Part shown: one piece after another, positions 34,709 through 39,095 of the stretch
How the letters are laid out: every line of letters starts with the position of its first letter
How positions within the stretch are numbered: the first letter of the stretch is position 1
Virus record (IMG/VR): IMGVR_UViG_3300003394_000001
Coordinates: 1 to 39,095 of that record
Length of the DNA stretch: 39,095 nt
Direction: 5' to 3' (one strand)
DNA from: a virus
Lineage: Duplodnaviria; Caudoviricetes
Made by a program: the position numbers and the translations under genes
Notes under the pieces: model-generated
Told to the model about the DNA's origin: nothing
Databases searched by the model: none
The model's input: the letters and a program-made list of their open reading frames with translations, nothing else

Positions 34709-35455
34709 ATGGCAACTAAGCAAATGAACCGAGCTATCCCGGCTAAGGAACTGACTCCTCGTGAGAAGGTTAGTAACAGTCTGAAGTTGAAGCTGGATGA
34801 CATGACAGTCATTAAGCCTAAGACTGAGAAGCAGATGGACTTCTTTGAGGCGTATCAGGCCAGTAACTACTTCATGGCCTTGCATGGCGTAGCAGGTACA
34901 GGTAAGACATACATTGCCTTGTACAAAGCCTTGGAAGAGGCTATGGATCGTAACAATCCCTTTAACAAGGTGACTATCATCCGTAGTAGCGTTCAAGGGC
35001 GTGACATGGGCTTCTTGCCGGGAGATGCAGATGAGAAGATGGAGGTGTATATCCAGCCTTACCGTCAGATCTGTAGTGACCTGTTCAAGCGTAAGGATGC
35101 TTGGGATCGCTTGGTTGAGCAAGGACATATCGAGTTTGTCTCTACCTCGTTCATTCGAGGTACTACCTTCTCCAATAGCATCATTGTTGTTGATGAGGTG
35201 CAGAATATGACCTTCGAGGAACTAGACACCATCATTACCCGTGTTGGTGACAAGTCCAAGATTATCTTCTGCGGCGATTACCGACAGACTGACTTGAAGA
35301 AGAAGGATGACAAAAGCGGTATCCTGAAGTTCTTTGACATTGCAGGCTTGATGAAGGAGTTCATTCGCATTGAGTTCCACATTGAGGATATTGTCCGTAG
35401 TTCACTTGTTAAGAACTACATTATTGCCCGTGTTAAATATGAGGATGGTGAATAA
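34709..35455 (+). CDS. phoH: PhoH-family ATPase
   Basis: GVAGTGKT, GFLPG..EK, RG.T, DEVQN, TR.G, GD..Q.D, DIVRS. Confidence 0.96.
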   Translation: MATKQMNRAIPAKELTPREKVSNSLKLKLDDMTVIKPKTEKQMDFFEAYQASNYFMALHGVAGTGKTYIALYKALEEAMDRNNPFNKVTIIRSSVQGRDMGFLPGDADEKMEVYIQPYRQICSDLFKRKDAWDRLVEQGHIEFVSTSFIRGTTFSNSIIVVDEVQNMTFEELDTIITRVGDKSKIIFCGDYRQTDLKKKDDKSGILKFFDIAGLMKEFIRIEFHIEDIVRSSLVKNYIIARVKYEDGE

Positions 35456-36093
35456 TGGCTAAAGCTAACGAAGGTATTGAAGAACTTATGATGATGATGC
35501 CAGAGCAAAAGGGACTTATCCGCACAAGCACTCAGCAGATGAGCACTCACTTGGTATTCTTGGATGAAGATATTACTTCTCCGGGTAACTACCGTGATGT
35601 CATTCACTGCTTGGCTACGTGCGGTGAGAACGATAACGTGAACATCCTGATTAACAGCTCAGGTGGGCGTGCTGATAGTGCATGGTCGATCATTGAGGCT
35701 ATGAAGGGCTGCCGAGGAGATGTCTCTGTGACTGTTCTTGGTTCTGCCTACAGCGCGGCCTCTATGATTGCTTGTATGGCCAATGAGTGCTACATTGCTG
35801 AGAGTGCAGATTTCATGCTCCACACAGCTCACTATGGCTCTATCGGTACAGTGCCTAACGTCAAGAACCAGACTGACTTTGCTACCAAGCAGATCAACAA
35901 GCTACTGGATACCTGCTACACAGGTTTTTTGACAGCTAAGGAACTTGATGAGCTGAAGAACGGTAAGGAGTTCTGGTATTCAGCAGACGAGGCACAAGCT
36001 CGCATGTTAAAACGATATAAGTATTTGAACAATTTGAATAAGCCGCCTAAGCCTAAGAAGTCTAAGGTAGTTGTGCAAGAGACGGTAGAGTAA
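35455..36093 (+). CDS. ClpP-like serine protease
   Basis: INSSGG, AYSAASMI (catalytic Ser), FMLH (His), EFWYSADEA. Confidence 0.82.
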   Translation: MAKANEGIEELMMMMPEQKGLIRTSTQQMSTHLVFLDEDITSPGNYRDVIHCLATCGENDNVNILINSSGGRADSAWSIIEAMKGCRGDVSVTVLGSAYSAASMIACMANECYIAESADFMLHTAHYGSIGTVPNVKNQTDFATKQINKLLDTCYTGFLTAKELDELKNGKEFWYSADEAQARMLKRYKYLNNLNKPPKPKKSKVVVQETVE

Positions 36094-36095
36094 AC

Positions 36096-36139
36096 GAAAA
36101 AGGCCACTAGAGCGTCAACTCTAGTGGCCTTATCTGTTT
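36096..36139. terminator. Bidirectional Rho-independent terminator between converging arms
   Basis: AAGGCCACTAGAG-cgtcaa-CTCTAGTGGCCTT 13-bp stem with A run on the left and T-rich tail on the right. Confidence 0.9.
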
Positions 36140-36143
36140 GTGC

Positions 36144-36371
36144 TTACAGTTTCTGATTGTGCAAGATAGTGAACACAGCAGCGATACCGCCTGCAATCCA
36201 CAGGATAGGTTTAGCTACCTTAGCTACCCAATCGAGGACTGTGAAAGCCCCTTGAGCAGCGTGGAAAGCAGATACCATGTCCTCTGTATCTGTTGCTACT
36301 TTGTCTACCTTAGCTTCTACCGCTATTAGCCTCTCGTAGATCTCGTTGTGGGATACATCTCTCTGTTCCAT
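36144..36371 (-). CDS. Small membrane protein of the lysis cassette (holin/antiholin-like), start MEQRDV
   Basis: ERL..VE coiled segment and C-terminal TM helix. Confidence 0.6.
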   Translation of the reverse strand: MEQRDVSHNEIYERLIAVEAKVDKVATDTEDMVSAFHAAQGAFTVLDWVAKVAKPILWIAGGIAAVFTILHNQKL

Positions 36372-36372
36372 C

Positions 36373-36870
36373 TCACTTACTTCCTTTGCGTAGGTTATCA
36401 ATAGCAGGGATTACTTGCAAGTTTTCTGCTATATGTAATCCTCCTTTAGCGAGAGGGATGATATGGTCAACATGAAAAGATTCTCCTAAAGACATAGCAA
36501 TATAGAAGTCACGTAAAGCATACATCTGAATAATCTCAGGAGTTATATCAGTTCTCAACTGCGCTCTGCGTTTAGCGTTATCAGCGTTAATTCTATTCTT
36601 GTGATCTGCTCTGTCTTTTGCCTTCCACTGTTTAACCTTTTCTGGGTTATCCTGTCTGTACCTATTGTTAGATTCTAGTTTAGACGAGTAATTTCTTTTC
36701 GCATAGTCTGAAGAAATCTTACGGTATTTCTCAGGATTTTCTGCATACTTTTGCTTCTTTACAGAAGCCGTACACTCCTTGCATCGGCTTGCCTTGCCAG
36801 TTGTTGTTCTGACATCTGGACTAAACAAAGCTAATGATTTGGTTAGTTTGCAACAGGAGCAATCTTTCAT
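36373..36870 (-). CDS. HNH homing endonuclease
   Basis: CSCC...CKEC zinc finger; HVDHIIPL..GGLH...NLQ......N..K; AT-rich. Confidence 0.92.
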   Translation of the reverse strand: MKDCSCCKLTKSLALFSPDVRTTTGKASRCKECTASVKKQKYAENPEKYRKISSDYAKRNYSSKLESNNRYRQDNPEKVKQWKAKDRADHKNRINADNAKRRAQLRTDITPEIIQMYALRDFYIAMSLGESFHVDHIIPLAKGGLHIAENLQVIPAIDNLRKGSK

Positions 36871-37271
36871 TTTCGTCCTCGTAATTCAACAATCTTTTCA
36901 AGGCTACGTGAGCCAAAGTAAGCACCAAAAATCAGCATACCCCAATTACCCAACAAAGTCACATATGACTCGTTAGCATTGTAGCCGAAAGCAGACATCA
37001 TCGCAAACGTAAAGTAGCCACTCAGAATTGCAATCAATGACATAGGACGGATGTTCTTAGACAGCCAAGAATCACTAGCCATGTCTGCTGACCAACGTTC
37101 AGTGACATTGCTTTGATCCACCTCAAATAATTTAGTATCATTAGCAATACGGGCTAGTTCGCCACTCTGAGCAAGTTCAGCAAGCTTCATCTGAGCCTCT
37201 GCCTTTTGAGCAGGATCAGGAAAGAACTTATCGAGCAGCTTACCAGCAAAGGGTAATAGTAAGTTTATCAT
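36867..37271 (-). CDS. Holin (3TM / GTA-holin-like)
   Basis: LLDKFFPDP, RW.ADM.SDSWLSKNIRP, GAYFG.RS.EK. Confidence 0.8.
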   Translation of the reverse strand: MINLLLPFAGKLLDKFFPDPAQKAEAQMKLAELAQSGELARIANDTKLFEVDQSNVTERWSADMASDSWLSKNIRPMSLIAILSGYFTFAMMSAFGYNANESYVTLLGNWGMLIFGAYFGSRSLEKIVELRGRK

Positions 37272-37283
37272 ATTCTTTTATCT

Positions 37284-37778
37284 TTAATAACCACATTGCA
37301 TAGCTTTGCAGTAAAGTAATACTTCAATTCCGCCCCACATAAGCAAGATTAAGATAATAGAAGATAGTGTTATAGCAAGCCACAACTCAGTATCTTCCTT
37401 ACGCTTCTTACCCGCCTGTTTAGCAGCATCAGCAGCTCGTCTGCGTTGAGCCTTGTCATCCTCGTCCATCTGCTTGCGCCTGTTAACAATCTTCTCCCAT
37501 ACATCCATGTTGTTAGGGAAGAACAATCCTTTAACCTGCTCCTCAAACTGTCTGGCACTCTCGATAGCAAGCTCAAGCTCAACTGCCTTGCCCATGTTAG
37601 AGCCTTTGAAACCTCCTTTGCTACCTTCTTCCAATACCTTTACAGCATCAGCTTTGGCATCAAAGTACTTACCCAAGACAGGGCCAAGACTGCGAACATC
37701 ATCCACAGTCTTGATTGTCTTCTTCACCAGATTAACAGCAGTAGTTACCGCTGCTAGGGCTGTTAAGGGATCAATCAT
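37284..37778 (-). CDS. Hypothetical membrane-anchored protein in the lysis cassette
   Basis: 164 aa, MIDPLTALA N-terminus, coiled coil, C-terminal TM. Confidence 0.7.
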   Translation of the reverse strand: MIDPLTALAAVTTAVNLVKKTIKTVDDVRSLGPVLGKYFDAKADAVKVLEEGSKGGFKGSNMGKAVELELAIESARQFEEQVKGLFFPNNMDVWEKIVNRRKQMDEDDKAQRRRAADAAKQAGKKRKEDTELWLAITLSSIILILLMWGGIEVLLYCKAMQCGY

Positions 37779-37788
37779 AGCTCCTCAC

Positions 37789-38172
37789 TTAAGGATACAC
37801 GCTACGGTGTAATTCAAAGTGAGGGCCATCTTTAAAGGACTGCCAATCACCACCCCAGACCAGATCAATCTTCATGTCTTTAGCAATCTTCTTGATGTGT
37901 TCAGCAACAGTCTGATAGTGCTTAAAGTCCCAAGTAACTTCACCATCTTTGATGACAGCAATATCCACAGCCTTACCTGTGATGTGCCTACTGTTCATCG
38001 TCTGAGACTTCCCCGCATCAAAGAGAGCCTTCTGGCGCTCCTTAGTGCGAAGACCTTCAGTGATGGAGAAGTCCAGAGGACTGTCTTTGATAGCTTCGTT
38101 GAAGACCCTCTGCAAGTCTGGGTGGACTTGAGAGAGCCTCTCGGAGCTTTTAGTTCCGAATGAGAATGTCAT
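37789..38172 (-). CDS. Endolysin, peptidase M15 (L-Ala-D-Glu peptidase type)
   Basis: EGLR...Q, SRH..G.AVD, WGGDW..F.D.PHFEL. Confidence 0.93.
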   Translation of the reverse strand: MTFSFGTKSSERLSQVHPDLQRVFNEAIKDSPLDFSITEGLRTKERQKALFDAGKSQTMNSRHITGKAVDIAVIKDGEVTWDFKHYQTVAEHIKKIAKDMKIDLVWGGDWQSFKDGPHFELHRSVYP

Positions 38173-38182
38173 TAGTTACTCC

Positions 38183-39094
38183 TTAAGGCTGGAGGCCAAG
38201 AGCACCGCCGAGCAGTCCTTGGTACTTGTAGTTAGGAACATCCTTAGCTGTACCGGAAGCAATCGAGCGTGTTAGAGCTTCTAACTGTCTACGTTTAGAC
38301 ATACTCAAAGCTGTCTCCGCTGCCATGCCGCCAAGTGCTAAAGAGCCTCCGATTACTGGATCATAGATTACAGCACCACCAGCGCCTGCGGCAGATAGGT
38401 GACTCTTGCGTGGGTCGAAACGAGACAAGATAGACAAGAATGTATCCACAGGGCCGCCGTTGACAGTAGCCTTCATCGCGTTGATCTCTGCGTCTGTGAA
38501 CATCTTGGCTTTCTTCTTGTTCGCTAAGATGCTCTCCAGTTGTCCACGAATTAACTCAGCTTCTGACTTCTTAGGGTTAGTTGCTCGTGCCTCAGCGACA
38601 TCGAAAGCGTCCTGAACGATCTGTGCTTTACTGGCAGCTCTCCAGTCCTTACGTGCTGACATAACTGATTGAACTGCCTTATCCAAGCCTTCTTTACCTG
38701 CCATCACATCACGACCAGTAAGACCACCTAAGTAGTCATCCATACCATTAACCATGACTTTACCAAGTCGGCGAGTATTAGAATCATTATCGTTAGAAAG
38801 ATTGGTAGCGATAGACCGGAGCTTTTCAAGTTTATTGAAAGGGACACGCTCAGTACCAATAATCTCTTCAAATGTTTCTAAAGCATTCGCAATCTTAGTG
38901 TCTGTCTTAGGGATGTAGTTATTCTCTGCTAAGTCATTACGCAAAGTACCCACCATATCCAAAGCACTCTTTGGTTTAACAGTAACACCTGCCTCGTCCA
39001 TCTTAGCGTAGTTAGCGGCTGCCCTAGCTTTAACTTCAGGGATAGTAAAAGTCTTAGCTTTTGGTTCTAGCATCCCGCCTGCTTTACCTGCGGC
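38183..39094 (-). CDS. C-terminal part of the ~503-aa putative ejection protein that starts at 675
   Basis: Frame is open to the window end and continuous with 1..675 via the 76-bp overlap. Confidence 0.85.
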   Translation of the reverse strand, partial: AAGKAGGMLEPKAKTFTIPEVKARAAANYAKMDEAGVTVKPKSALDMVGTLRNDLAENNYIPKTDTKIANALETFEEIIGTERVPFNKLEKLRSIATNLSNDNDSNTRRLGKVMVNGMDDYLGGLTGRDVMAGKEGLDKAVQSVMSARKDWRAASKAQIVQDAFDVAEARATNPKKSEAELIRGQLESILANKKKAKMFTDAEINAMKATVNGGPVDTFLSILSRFDPRKSHLSAAGAGGAVIYDPVIGGSLALGGMAAETALSMSKRRQLEALTRSIASGTAKDVPNYKYQGLLGGALGLQP

Positions 39095-39095
39095 A
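39020..39095. repeat. 76-bp direct terminal repeat (right copy)
   Basis: Identical to 1-76. Confidence 0.97.

Noticed and set aside
17600-36093. Autographiviridae (true T7-like) or temperate lifestyle assignment
   Set aside because: No single-subunit RNA polymerase, integrase or repressor recognised in a complete genome

Overview
The window is an apparently complete, circularly permuted genome of a lytic podovirus-type tailed phage. It is about 39,019 bp unique, because bases 1-76 are repeated exactly at 39020-39095. It has two arms. The minus-strand morphogenesis arm runs from ~16.7 kb leftwards through the contig junction to 36.1 kb: TerS, TerL, portal, tail fibres, scaffold, major capsid, tail adaptor and nozzle, three putative ejection proteins, M15 endolysin and holins. 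The plus-strand early/replication arm runs 17.6-36.1 kb: T7-like primase-helicase, family A DNA polymerase, C5 methyltransferase, tRNA-Leu(UAA), SSB, exonuclease, endonuclease I, ThyX, MazG-like protein, class I RNR beta and alpha, glutaredoxin, PhoH and a ClpP-like protease. The arms diverge from a repeat-rich non-coding region (~16.8-17.6 kb) and converge on a bidirectional terminator (~36.1 kb). I find no RNA polymerase or integrase, and the promoters are sigma70-type. The layout resembles SIO1/VpV262-like (Zobellviridae-like) phages, which is an inference from gene content only. Four observations stand out. (1) The 5'-3' exonuclease gene has an in-frame CTT-TAG-CTG (Leu-stop-Leu) in its first catalytic motif, directly downstream of a free-standing HNH endonuclease with its own promoter. 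This is a candidate minimal stop-hopping (translational bypass) plus homing-endonuclease cassette, analogous to T4 gene 60/mobA. (2) A C5 methyltransferase appears split over two fully overlapping reading frames. (3) An unannotated 57-aa stand-alone ClpX-type zinc-finger protein occurs in a genome that also encodes a ClpP-like protease. (4) Phased TGTTACA repeats sit at most promoters. All product calls come from motif recognition by eye; no database searches were run.
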